A DNA stretch of 39,829 nucleotides from Candidatus Rokuibacteriota bacterium (GTDB taxonomy: Bacteria; Methylomirabilota; Methylomirabilia; Rokubacteriales; DASRDR01), in assembly GCA_044866005.1 (NCBI GenBank), contig JBIOTN010000008.1:1-39829 (forward strand), read 5' to 3'. Shown one piece after another: positions 16,428-25,600 of this stretch; the stretch's first letter is position 1; each line of letters opens with the position of its first letter. Under the pieces are notes generated by a model. The model saw only the letters and a program-made list of their open reading frames with translations, did no database searches and was not told where the DNA came from. Made by a program: the position numbers and the translations under genes.

Positions 16428-17150
16428 ATGATCCAGACGACCGAAATCGCCAAAGAGGTCTATCGGATCGCCATGTGGGACGAGCCGGATCTCGTGGAGG
16501 CCAAGATCCTCTGGCCGGGCGCGACGTACAACCTTTTCCTCGTCAGGGCCAAGCAACCGGCGATCATCCAGACGATGTTCCGCCGCGCCTTCACGCGGCT
16601 CCGCGAACACATGAGGAAGACCCTCGACCCCGCGGCGCTCCGGTACATCGTGGTGCCGCACCACGAGGGAGACTCCTCGGGAGCCGTCAACGAGTGGGTC
16701 GATGCGGCGCCGCAGGCCGCCGTCCTCTGCTCGGAGCTGTGCGCGGCCCTGTCGCTGCGCGACCTGTCGAGGAAGGAACCACAGGTCGTCGGCGACAGTG
16801 AGGTGGTCGACCTCGGCACGCACCGCCTCCGGTTCCTCATGACCCCTCAGGTCAACCAGTGGGACAGCCTGATGGTGTACGAGGAGACGACGGGGACGCT
16901 GTTCCCGAACGACCTCTTTTCGTCGCTGGGGACGGAGCCCGTCACCGACAAGGACCGTTCGCGGGAGGCCCTCGGCGCCGCGCGCGAGCTCGGCTACCAG
17001 GCGGACGACCGCAAACAGCTCGGGCAGGCGCTCGACAAGCTGGCATCGCTCGGCATCAAGGTCATCGCCCCGATGCATGGCCCTACGCTCACCGGGCATG
17101 TGAGCGACATGCTGCAGGCGTTCCGCGACAACGCGCTGAGGCCGGCGTAG
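16428..17150 (+). CDS. Stand-alone MBL-fold protein related to the flavodiiron (FprA) N-terminal domain
   Basis: 'TYNLFLV', 'YIVVPHHEGD', 'WDSLMVYEETTGTLFPNDLF', 'IAPMHGP'; no flavodoxin domain; GAGGA RBS. Confidence 0.85.
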   Translation: MIQTTEIAKEVYRIAMWDEPDLVEAKILWPGATYNLFLVRAKQPAIIQTMFRRAFTRLREHMRKTLDPAALRYIVVPHHEGDSSGAVNEWVDAAPQAAVLCSELCAALSLRDLSRKEPQVVGDSEVVDLGTHRLRFLMTPQVNQWDSLMVYEETTGTLFPNDLFSSLGTEPVTDKDRSREALGAARELGYQADDRKQLGQALDKLASLGIKVIAPMHGPTLTGHVSDMLQAFRDNALRPA

Positions 17151-17234
17151 GGGATAGGCGAACGCTGAATGGTATCAGCAGGTCGCGATAGTCTGACTGT
17201 TCGCGCTGGAGCAGCCGGAAGCGGCGCGGGCATT

Positions 17235-17350
17235 CACCGCCCTTGACCTCGGGTGGCGGGGCCAGGCAGAGTGTTTTATACGTGTGAACGAAGGGGGGCC
17301 AACTTCCCAGAAGGTAGAGCCTCTCCTGGGGGGGAGGCTTCGACCTTTTC
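17235..17350 (+). repeat. Copy 2 of conserved non-coding element (39-nt core plus terminator-like hairpin)
   Basis: Core 17263-17301; hairpin AGCCTCTCC/GGGGAGGCT followed by CCTTTTC. Confidence 0.75.
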
Positions 17351-17370
17351 TGTCTCGGCGGAGCTGACGG

Positions 17371-18948
17371 ATGCTCGACCTCCTGATCCGCGGCGGCCTC
17401 ATCGTCGACGGCACCGGCAACCCCGGGTTCTACGGGGCCGTCGCGGTCGAGGGCGACCGCCTCCGGATCCTCCGCGGCGATCTCGCCGGCGTCGAGGCGG
17501 CGCGCCTCATCGACGCGCGGGACCGCGTCGTCTGTCCCGGCTTCATCGACATGCACGCCCACTCGGGCCTCGTGATCCTGGCCGAGCCGCGCCACGAGCC
17601 GAAGGTCCGCCAGGGCGTGACGACCGAGGTCATCGGGATCGACGGCTGCTCGTACGCGCCGTTCCACTCCCACGACGACCTCCGCCGCTTCGTCGAGGTG
17701 AACTCGGGGCTGGACGGCTGCCCACCGCTGCCCGGGCGGTGGGCGACGGTCGAGCAGTACCTCGACCTCTTCACCGAGCGCGTGGCCGTGAACATCGTCT
17801 ACCTCGTCGGGAACTCGCCGATCCGGATCGGCGCGATGGGCTGGGAGGACCGGCCGCCGACCGGGGCCGAATTCGCGAACATGGCGGCGCTCCTCCGGAC
17901 GGCGATGGAGGAGGGCGCCTGGGGGCTCTCCACCGGGCTCGACTACCCGCCGGGCAGCTACGCGGAGACCCCCGAGCTCGTCGCGCTCTCGCGGGAGGCG
18001 GCGCGGCTGGGTGGCCTCTACCACACCCACGTCCGCTACAGCCTCGGGGATCGCTTCCTGGACCCCTTCCGCGAAGCCCTCGACATCGGCCGGCAGAGCG
18101 GCATCGCGACCCACATCACCCACTTCTACCAGCGGACCACGGCCCCGGGCGGGGCCCGCCGCCTGCTGACCCTCGTAGAGGACGCCCGCGAGGAGGGCCT
18201 CGACGTCACCTTCGACAGCTACCCCTACGTCTTCAGCAGCACGCGCCTCAACATCGTCCTCCCGCAGTGGGCGTTCGACGGCGGCCCCGAACGGCTCCGG
18301 GCCGCGCTCGGATCGGCCGACGCCCGGGCCCGGATGCGGAAAGAGATCGCGCCGCGCGCCGCCTCGTGGCAGGAGATGTGGATCACCCATCTCAAGCGGC
18401 CGGAGCATCACCGGTACGAGGGGCGCTCCATCGCGGAGGTCGCCGAGATGATGGGGAAGGATCCGGTGGACGCCGTCTGCGACCTCCTGCTCCTCGAGGA
18501 CCAGCAGGTCTCCTACGTCTCCGCCGGCGCCAATGCCGCGACGCTGCCCACGTTCGTGAGCCACCCGCTCTCGATGGTCGGCAGCGACGCGCTCCTGATC
18601 GGCGACTACCCGAGTCCGCGGACTTACGGCACGTTTCCCATCATCCTGGCGGAGTACGTGCGCGAGGACCGGGTTCTCTCGCTGCCGGACGCGATCCGGA
18701 AGATGACCTCGTTTCCGGCGCAGCGCCTGGGGCTGCCGGATCGGGGGCTGCTGCGCGACGGCCTCAAGGCCGACGTCGTGGTGTTCGACCCGGCGCGCGT
18801 GAAGGCGCCGGCGACGCGGACCGAGCCGAAGCAGTTCCCGGTGGGGATCGACCACGTGATCGTGAACGGCAAGGTCGTGGTCGAGGGCGGCCGGCACACC
18901 GGACTCCTGGCCGGGCGCGCCCTGCGCCGTGGCCGCCAGTCGACCTGA
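17371..18948 (+). CDS. N-acyl-D-amino-acid deacylase (D-aminoacylase) family amidohydrolase
   Basis: 'CPGFIDMHAHS', 'QGVTTEV', 'LSTGLDYPPG', 'MVGSDA', 'PRTYGTF', 'IRKMTSFPA', 'ADVVVFDP'. Confidence 0.93.
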   Translation: MLDLLIRGGLIVDGTGNPGFYGAVAVEGDRLRILRGDLAGVEAARLIDARDRVVCPGFIDMHAHSGLVILAEPRHEPKVRQGVTTEVIGIDGCSYAPFHSHDDLRRFVEVNSGLDGCPPLPGRWATVEQYLDLFTERVAVNIVYLVGNSPIRIGAMGWEDRPPTGAEFANMAALLRTAMEEGAWGLSTGLDYPPGSYAETPELVALSREAARLGGLYHTHVRYSLGDRFLDPFREALDIGRQSGIATHITHFYQRTTAPGGARRLLTLVEDAREEGLDVTFDSYPYVFSSTRLNIVLPQWAFDGGPERLRAALGSADARARMRKEIAPRAASWQEMWITHLKRPEHHRYEGRSIAEVAEMMGKDPVDAVCDLLLLEDQQVSYVSAGANAATLPTFVSHPLSMVGSDALLIGDYPSPRTYGTFPIILAEYVREDRVLSLPDAIRKMTSFPAQRLGLPDRGLLRDGLKADVVVFDPARVKAPATRTEPKQFPVGIDHVIVNGKVVVEGGRHTGLLAGRALRRGRQST

Positions 18949-19004
18949 GTCGATCCGCCGAGACGGCTTGCGCCGTCTGGCCGGGTCGTGAGAGTGATCG
19001 CGCG

Positions 19005-20339
19005 ATGGCCGAGAGCGCTCGAGTGGACGGAGACCCGCGGCCGGCGCCGCACGTCGTGATCGTGGGCGGCGGGTTCGGCGGGCTCTATGCCGCCCGCGCG
19101 CTCTCCGGGCAGCCGGTGCGGGTGACGCTCGTCGACCGGCGCAATCACCACCTCTTCCAGCCGCTCCTCTATCAGGTGGCGACCGCGGCCCTCTCGCCGG
19201 GCGACATCGCGCAGCCCATCCGCCATGTCCTGCGCCGGAGCCGGAACCTCGCCGTGGTGCTCGCGGAGGCGACGGCCGTGGGCGTGGCGCGGCGGCGGCT
19301 CGTGCTCGCGGACGGGGAGCTCGGGTACGACTATCTGATCCTGGCCACCGGGGCGAGCCACGCCTACTTCGGCCACGAGGAATGGCGGCCCCACGCGCCC
19401 GGGCTGAAGGACATCGAGGACGCGCTGGAGATCCGCCGGCGGGTGCTCCTCGCCTTCGAGGCCGCGGAACGCGAGCCGGACGAGGCCCGCCGTCGCGCCC
19501 TCCTCACGTTCGTCATCGTCGGCGGCGGCCCCACGGGGGTCGAGCTGGCCGGCGCGCTGGCGGAGGTCGCGCGGGACGCGCTGGCGCACGACTTCCGGGC
19601 GATCGATCCGCGGCAGGCGCGCATCATGCTGCTCGAGGCCGGCCCCCGGCTCCTGCCGACGTTCTCCGAGCGGAGCGGCGCCGCGGCGACCCGTCACCTG
19701 GCCGCGCGCGGGGTCGAGCTCCACACCCGCCAGGCGGTGACGCGGATCGGCCCCGGCCTCGTGGAGGCCGGGTCGCTCCGCATCGCGGCCGAGACCGTGC
19801 TCTGGGCCGCCGGGGTCACGGGCTCCCCGCTCGCGCAGACGCTCGGCGTCCCGCTCGATCGCGCCGGGCGGGTCCTCGTCCAGCCGGACCTCACGATCCC
19901 CGGCCACCCCGAGGTCTACGTGATCGGCGACCTCGCCGCCTTCCTCCATCGAGGAGGAACGCCGCTCCCGGGGATGGCCCCGGTGGCGATCCAGATGGGG
20001 CGGCACGCGGCGGCCAACGTCCTCCGAGCCGCGCGGGGCGAGCCGCCCCGGCCGTTCCACTTCCACGACCGGGGCGTGATGGCGACCATCGGGCGCAACG
20101 CCGCGGTCGCCGAGATCGGCGCGTTCCGGATCGACGGCCTCCTGGGCTGGCTCATCTGGGTCGTGGTCCACATCTTCTTTCTCATCGGCTTCCGCAACCG
20201 GCTCCTGGTCATGGTCGAGTGGGCCTGGGCCTACGTCACGTTCAACCGCGGGGTGCGGCTCATCACGGGGGACGCAGCGCCGGGCGCGCGGCGCACCCCG
20301 GTCGAGGAGCCCGAGCGGGGGCGCGCGCGCGCCTCCTGA
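19005..20339 (+). CDS. ndh: Type II NADH:quinone oxidoreductase
   Basis: Two Rossmann motifs 'VVIVGGGFGG' and 'VIVGGGPTGVELAG', 'NHHLFQPLLYQVATA', 'APVAIQMG', C-terminal membrane helix. Confidence 0.92.
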   Translation: MAESARVDGDPRPAPHVVIVGGGFGGLYAARALSGQPVRVTLVDRRNHHLFQPLLYQVATAALSPGDIAQPIRHVLRRSRNLAVVLAEATAVGVARRRLVLADGELGYDYLILATGASHAYFGHEEWRPHAPGLKDIEDALEIRRRVLLAFEAAEREPDEARRRALLTFVIVGGGPTGVELAGALAEVARDALAHDFRAIDPRQARIMLLEAGPRLLPTFSERSGAAATRHLAARGVELHTRQAVTRIGPGLVEAGSLRIAAETVLWAAGVTGSPLAQTLGVPLDRAGRVLVQPDLTIPGHPEVYVIGDLAAFLHRGGTPLPGMAPVAIQMGRHAAANVLRAARGEPPRPFHFHDRGVMATIGRNAAVAEIGAFRIDGLLGWLIWVVVHIFFLIGFRNRLLVMVEWAWAYVTFNRGVRLITGDAAPGARRTPVEEPERGRARAS

Positions 20340-20369
20340 ACCAGTACGGGATAGGGGAGGAGGTATTCC

Positions 20370-21479
20370 ATGCGGATCCGGATCTCGCCGAAGCTCCTGG
20401 TGGTGGCCTCGCTTCTGACGCTGGGGTCGTCGATCGGCCTGCTGGCCCTGGCGCAGCAGGTGGAGGAGGGCAAGCGCGCCCGGACGGTCGCCGCGCCGGG
20501 CGGGACCTACCACGTGCTCCCGGCGACGCTGGAGACGACCCAGTGGGGCTGGCTCGACCCGAAGGAGCCGCCGAAGCTCGTCATCAACTCCGGTGACACC
20601 GTGGCCATCGAGACGATGATGCACTCGCACAACAAGATCCAGCCGGGGACGACGATGGACGAGATCATCGCGCTCCGGAAGGCCAATCCGGGGGGCGGCC
20701 CGCACTCGCTCACGGGGCCCATCTACGTCAACGGCGCCGAGCCGGGCGACACGATGGAGATCCGCATCAAGAAGATCGTGCCCAAGGCTTTCGGGGTCAA
20801 CTTCAACCTGCCGGGGAGCGAGTTCCCCACCATCGGCGCGCTCGCGCCCGAGTTCCCGCAGGGCTGGGTCCGCTACTTCTACCTGGACTGGGAGAAGAAG
20901 CAGGCGCAGTTCAAGCCCGGCATCACGATCGACCTGCAGCCCTTCCCGGGGACGCTGGCCGTCGGCATCGACCCGAACGATCCCTCCCCTCGCAAGGGCG
21001 GGGTCAAGGACCCCATGGCGCCCGTCAGCACGCTCCGGCCCTGGAAGAACGGCTCGAACATGGACATCAACGAGCTGCAGGAAGGGACGACGATCTACAT
21101 CCCGGTCTTCCTCAAGGGCGGGCTCATCTGGACGGGCGACTCGCACTGCCGGCAGGGCAACGGCGAGGTGAACCTCACCGCGCTCGAGTGCGCCTACAAG
21201 GAGATCGTCATCCAGCCGATCGTCCGCAAGGACATGAAGATCGAGTGGCCCTGGATGGAGACCAAGACCCACTGGATCATGATGGGCTTCGACGAGGACC
21301 TCAACAAGGCGCTGGTGAACGCGGTGCGCGAGACGGTGAACTTCCTGGCGACCAAGGGGCTGGACCGCTACGAGGCCTACTCGCTGACCTCGATGGTCGC
21401 CGACTGCCGGGTGACGCAGGTGGTGGACGTCCGCAAGGGGGTCCACTGCATGGTGCCGAAGAGCCTCTTCCCGTCGTGA
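20370..21479 (+). CDS. Acetamidase/formamidase family protein with signal peptide
   Basis: 'GPHSLTGPIYVNGAEPGD', 'NGSNMD', 'GDSHCRQGNGEV..TALEC', 'AYSLTSMVAD'; N-terminal hydrophobic signal. Confidence 0.9.
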   Translation: MRIRISPKLLVVASLLTLGSSIGLLALAQQVEEGKRARTVAAPGGTYHVLPATLETTQWGWLDPKEPPKLVINSGDTVAIETMMHSHNKIQPGTTMDEIIALRKANPGGGPHSLTGPIYVNGAEPGDTMEIRIKKIVPKAFGVNFNLPGSEFPTIGALAPEFPQGWVRYFYLDWEKKQAQFKPGITIDLQPFPGTLAVGIDPNDPSPRKGGVKDPMAPVSTLRPWKNGSNMDINELQEGTTIYIPVFLKGGLIWTGDSHCRQGNGEVNLTALECAYKEIVIQPIVRKDMKIEWPWMETKTHWIMMGFDEDLNKALVNAVRETVNFLATKGLDRYEAYSLTSMVADCRVTQVVDVRKGVHCMVPKSLFPS

Positions 21480-22426
21480 GCGGACCGCGGGCCCTGGCCG
21501 TCGGCCTCCTCCTCGTCCTCGCCCTGGCGCCCGGCGGCCAGCCGGGCGCCGCGGGCGCGGGAGGCCGGCTCCGCGTCGTCACCACCACGACCGACCTTCG
21601 TGCCCTCGTCGAGGCGGTGGGGGGCGACCAGGTGGCGGCGGAGAGCCTGCTGGGCGGGGCCCAGCCGCCGCACGCCTTCGAGGCCAAGCCGGCGCACCTC
21701 GCGGCGCTGCGCGCGGCCGACGTGGTCGTGCGGATCGGGCTCGACCACGACGCCTGGCTCGGCCCGCTCCTGCGCCAGGCGGGGAACGCACGGCTCTTTC
21801 CCGGTGCGCCCGGGCATGTGGACACGTCGAAGGGAATCGAGTTGCTCGAGCCGGCGCCCCGGACCCCGAAGGGACCGGGCCACGTGCACGCCTTCGGCAA
21901 CACGCACTACTGGCTCGACCCGGAGAACGCCAGGCCGATGACCGGGAAGATCGCCGAGGCCCTGGGGGCCGCGGCCCCCGCCGATGGGGCGCGGTTCCTC
22001 GGGCGGCGCGCCGAATTCGTGGCCCGGCTCGACGACCGGCTCCGGCGCTGGACCGCCGCCCTCGCGCTCTACCGCGGCGCCCGCGTCGTGGCCGTCCATG
22101 ACAGCTTTCCGTACCTGGCGCAGCGCTTCGGCTTCGCGGTGGTGGCGCACCTGGAGCCCCAGCCGGGCCTTCCGCCCACGCCCACGCACATCGCCCGCGT
22201 GGTCCGCGAGATGCGGAGCCACGGCATCCGCCTGATCCTCTCCGAGGCGTGGCTGCCGGACGCGGTCGCCCGCCGCGTCGGCGAGGAGACCGGGGCGACG
22301 CTCGTCAAGCTGCCGACCTCCGTCGAGAGCGGCCCGGGCACCGGAGACTACCTGGCCCTCTTCGACGAGATCACCGCCCGCCTCGTGGCGGGCTTTCAGG
22401 CGGCGGGAGCCACGCGGACGCCCTGA
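21476..22426 (+). CDS. Zn/Mn ABC transporter substrate-binding protein (TroA/ZnuA family)
   Basis: GTG overlapping the previous stop; 'VVTTTTDL', 'PHAFE', 'VHAFGNTHYWLDP', 'HDSFPYL', 'EPQPGLPPTP'. Confidence 0.9.
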   Translation: MSGPRALAVGLLLVLALAPGGQPGAAGAGGRLRVVTTTTDLRALVEAVGGDQVAAESLLGGAQPPHAFEAKPAHLAALRAADVVVRIGLDHDAWLGPLLRQAGNARLFPGAPGHVDTSKGIELLEPAPRTPKGPGHVHAFGNTHYWLDPENARPMTGKIAEALGAAAPADGARFLGRRAEFVARLDDRLRRWTAALALYRGARVVAVHDSFPYLAQRFGFAVVAHLEPQPGLPPTPTHIARVVREMRSHGIRLILSEAWLPDAVARRVGEETGATLVKLPTSVESGPGTGDYLALFDEITARLVAGFQAAGATRTP

Positions 22427-22450
22427 CGGGCGCACCTCGCTGACGGCGGC

Positions 22451-23791
22451 GTGGAATCGCTCGGCGCCCTCACGAGTCTCCTCTGGCCCGCGGCCGCCTG
22501 CGGGCTGATCCTGGCCGGGATCCACGCCTACCTGGGGCTTCACGTCCTGGCCCGCGGCGTGATCTTCGTGGACCTGGCGCTCGCCCAGACGGCGGCGCTC
22601 GGGGCTGCGGTCGCGACGCTCGCCGGCCATCCGCCCCAGGGGGAGGGCGCCTACGGCTACTCGCTCGCCTTCGCCTTCGGCGGGGCCGCACTCCTCGCGC
22701 TCACGCGGAGCCGTCCCGAGGGGATCCCGCAGGAGGCCTTCATCGGCGTCGTCTACGTGGTCTCGGCCGCCGTCGCCGTGCTCGTGCTCGATCGCGCGCC
22801 CGAGGGCGCCGAGCGCGTGAAGGGGCTCCTGGTCGGGAACATCGTCGCGGTCACGCCCGGCGAAGTCGCCTCCCTGGCCGCCCTCTACGGGGTCGTCGGC
22901 CTGGGCCACTGGCTGGCGCGCGGGCCGTTCCTCGCGCTCTCGTGGGGCCGCCTCGCGCCCGGCCCGGTCGCCCGGGCCTGGGACTTCGCCTTCTACGCCT
23001 CGTTCGCGATCGTGGTGACGAGCTCCGTCCGCGTCGCCGGGGTGCTCCTGGTCTTCGCGTATCTCGTCGTGCCGGCGATGGTCGGCGCCCTGGCATCCGC
23101 GCGGATCGGACCTCGCCTCCTGCTCGGCTGGGCGGTCGGCGCGGGCGCGACCGTCCTCGGGCTCGCCGGCTCGGTGGCGTGGGATCTGCCGACCGGGGCC
23201 GCCGTGGTCGCCGCCCACGGGCTCGTCCTCGGGGTCGCGCTCGCGGCGCGCACCGCGCTCGGTCGGCCCGGCGCGCGCCTGGCGGGCCTGGGCCGGATGG
23301 GGCGCGGGGCGCTCGGGGCGGGCGGCGCGGCGCTGGCGCTCGCCGCGGGGCTCTTGCTCGCCGCTCCTCACTGGAACCACGTCTGGCTGACCGCGATCGC
23401 GCGGGCGTTGCCCGTCGTCGAGACGGCCTTCCTGACGCCGCGCGAGCGGGAGGTCCGGGAGGACGCGCTCCAGGCGGTGGCCCGCAGCGAGACGGAGATC
23501 GCGCGCCTGGCGGCGCTCCAGGACGCGGTCCGGCTCGGCGACCGGCAGCTCGATCCCGAGCGGCGGGAGCGCCTGCGACAGTTCCTCATCTCCCGCCAGG
23601 AGATCACGGCGGGCGATCGGTTCGTGCTCGCGGCGCTTCGGGCGCGCGCGCGGGCGCGGCAGCGGTGGGTCCTCGGGCTGCCGCTGGTCGGCGTGGGCGT
23701 CGCCCTGGCGGCCTGGGCGTGGCGCCGAGGCGGCGTGGCGGGGCCCGCGCAGCCCGCGGCGACGGAGGGGCACGGTGCCCGAGCCCGCTGA
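22451..23791 (+). CDS. Metal ABC transporter permease (ABC-3/ZnuB type) with C-terminal extension
   Basis: 'HAYLGLHVLARGVIFVDLALAQ', 'SSVRVAGVLLVFAYLVVPA', 'WDLPTGA'; extra C-terminal TM-helical-TM segment. Confidence 0.88.
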   Translation: MESLGALTSLLWPAAACGLILAGIHAYLGLHVLARGVIFVDLALAQTAALGAAVATLAGHPPQGEGAYGYSLAFAFGGAALLALTRSRPEGIPQEAFIGVVYVVSAAVAVLVLDRAPEGAERVKGLLVGNIVAVTPGEVASLAALYGVVGLGHWLARGPFLALSWGRLAPGPVARAWDFAFYASFAIVVTSSVRVAGVLLVFAYLVVPAMVGALASARIGPRLLLGWAVGAGATVLGLAGSVAWDLPTGAAVVAAHGLVLGVALAARTALGRPGARLAGLGRMGRGALGAGGAALALAAGLLLAAPHWNHVWLTAIARALPVVETAFLTPREREVREDALQAVARSETEIARLAALQDAVRLGDRQLDPERRERLRQFLISRQEITAGDRFVLAALRARARARQRWVLGLPLVGVGVALAAWAWRRGGVAGPAQPAATEGHGARAR

Positions 23792-24827
23792 CGGCGCGCG
23801 CCGGCTGATCGCCTGGACGATCGCCTCGGTCGCGCTCGCGGTCATCCTGCTCTGGCTGCTCTACCTCAGTCGCGAGGTGCTGCTGCTCCTCTACGTGAGC
23901 GCGCTCTTCGCCATCGGGCTCAGCCCGCTGGTGGGGCTGCTCGAGCGGCAACGCCTCCTGCCGGTGGGCACGCGACAGCTGCCGCGCTGGCTGGCGATCC
24001 TGGTCGTGTACCTCTCGATCCTCGGGCTCCTGGGGGCGATCGCGCTGATGCTCGTGCCGCCGGTCGTCCGGCAGGCGCGGGAGTTCACGGCCCAGCTCCC
24101 CCGGATGCTCACGCAGACCCAGCAGTGGCTGGTCGACCGCGGACTCATCGGCGCGCCGCTCACGCTCGGCGAAGCGCTCCAGCGCGCGCCCGGGTCCGGC
24201 ACCGACGCGGTGGGGGCTTTGGTGGCCGCCGTCTGGGGCGTCGTCGGCGGGATCGTGGGCGTCGTGACCATCCTGATCCTGACGTTCTATCTGCTCGTCG
24301 AAGGCGAATCGATCCTGGCGACCTTCGTGCGGCTCTTTCCCCACGAGCGCCGGCCCCAGGTCGCGAGCGTCTCCCTCGCCATCTCGCGCAAGGTGAGCGC
24401 GTGGCTCGGCGGCCAGGTCCTCCTCGCCGCCATCATCGGCGTCACGGCGGCGATCGGGCTCGGCCTCCTGGGGGTCCCGTACTTCTACGTCCTCGCGGTG
24501 ATCGCCGCGGTCGGGGAGGTGATCCCGGTCGTGGGCCCGGTCCTGGCCGCCATTCCCGGGGTCGCGGTCGCCCTCAACATCTCGTTCTCCAAGGCCCTGT
24601 GGGTCGGGCTCTTCTACCTGGCGCAGCAGCAGTTCGAGAACCACGTCGTCGTGCCGAACGTGATGCAGCGCCAGGTCGGCGTGAGCGCCGTGACCGTGAT
24701 CATTGCCCTGCTCATCGGGAGCGCGCTGCTCGGCCTCGTCGGGGCGCTCCTCGCCGTCCCCACGGCGGCGATCGTCCAGGTCCTGTTCCAGGAGCTCGTC
24801 CTCAAGGAAGAGGGGGAGGCGGGGTGA
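23775..24827 (+). CDS. AI-2E family transporter
   Basis: 'EVIPVVGP', 'QQFENHVVVP', 'LLGLVGALLAVPTAA'. Confidence 0.92.
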   Translation: MPEPADGARRLIAWTIASVALAVILLWLLYLSREVLLLLYVSALFAIGLSPLVGLLERQRLLPVGTRQLPRWLAILVVYLSILGLLGAIALMLVPPVVRQAREFTAQLPRMLTQTQQWLVDRGLIGAPLTLGEALQRAPGSGTDAVGALVAAVWGVVGGIVGVVTILILTFYLLVEGESILATFVRLFPHERRPQVASVSLAISRKVSAWLGGQVLLAAIIGVTAAIGLGLLGVPYFYVLAVIAAVGEVIPVVGPVLAAIPGVAVALNISFSKALWVGLFYLAQQQFENHVVVPNVMQRQVGVSAVTVIIALLIGSALLGLVGALLAVPTAAIVQVLFQELVLKEEGEAG

Positions 24828-24963
24828 GCGCGCGTCGAGGCGCCGCGGTCAGCCCGGCTGATATCGCGAGCGCCGCGCACGCTCCAGGGAGCGCGACGTC
24901 GATGGCCACCCTCGCCGACACCGACCGCACGCCGCACCGCGGCGGCCCCGCGCCGGGCTGACC

Positions 24964-25479
24964 GTGGACGTCCGCTCCACCCCGGCCGAGCACAAGACGC
25001 ACGCCCCGCGGTCGGTGCGCTGCGTCGTGTGCACGATCTCCGACTCCAAGACGCGCGACACGGACACGAGCGGCCAGCTCCTCCGCGACCTCCTCACCGC
25101 GGCCGGCCACGAGGTGGTGGGCTACGAGATCGTGCGGGACGAGCCGAGCGAGGTCCGGCGGGTCATCGCCGCGGCGTGCGCGGACCCTGCCGTTCAGGCC
25201 GTGATCCTGACCGGGGGGACCGGGATCACCTCGCGCGACCAGACCTTCGAGGCGATCGACACGCTGCTCGAGAAGCGGCTGCCGGGGTTCGGGGAACTCT
25301 TCCGGATGCTCTCGTTCCAGGAGATCGGCGCGGCCGCGATGCTGTCGCGTGCGCAGGCCGGCGTGCGGACCGGCCGGTTGATCTTCTCGCTGCCCGGCTC
25401 GCCGGCCGCCTGCCGGCTCGCCGTCGAGCGTCTGATCGGCCCGGAGCTCGGGCATCTCGTGCGCGAGGTCAGCCGGTAG
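24964..25479 (+). CDS. moaB: MogA/MoaB molybdopterin adenylyltransferase family
   Basis: 'TISDS..DTSG', 'ILTGGTGITSRDQT', 'LPGFGELFR', 'AAMLSRA', 'FSLPGSP'. Confidence 0.92.
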   Translation: MDVRSTPAEHKTHAPRSVRCVVCTISDSKTRDTDTSGQLLRDLLTAAGHEVVGYEIVRDEPSEVRRVIAAACADPAVQAVILTGGTGITSRDQTFEAIDTLLEKRLPGFGELFRMLSFQEIGAAAMLSRAQAGVRTGRLIFSLPGSPAACRLAVERLIGPELGHLVREVSR

Positions 25480-25600
25480 ACCGTGGCCTCGCGCCGCGGA
25501 GCGCGCCCATGCAGCGTCGTGGGACGTCTGGTAGAGTGAGGCTGCCCCGGCGAGGGCCGGGGCCCGGCCCGGAAAGCCCATCGGACGAGAGGGAGGGCGC

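Noticed and set aside
17253..19004. 1028-aa ORF as an extended NADH dehydrogenase
   Set aside because: The N-terminal part is an off-frame shadow of the D-aminoacylase gene; Ndh homology starts at 19005.
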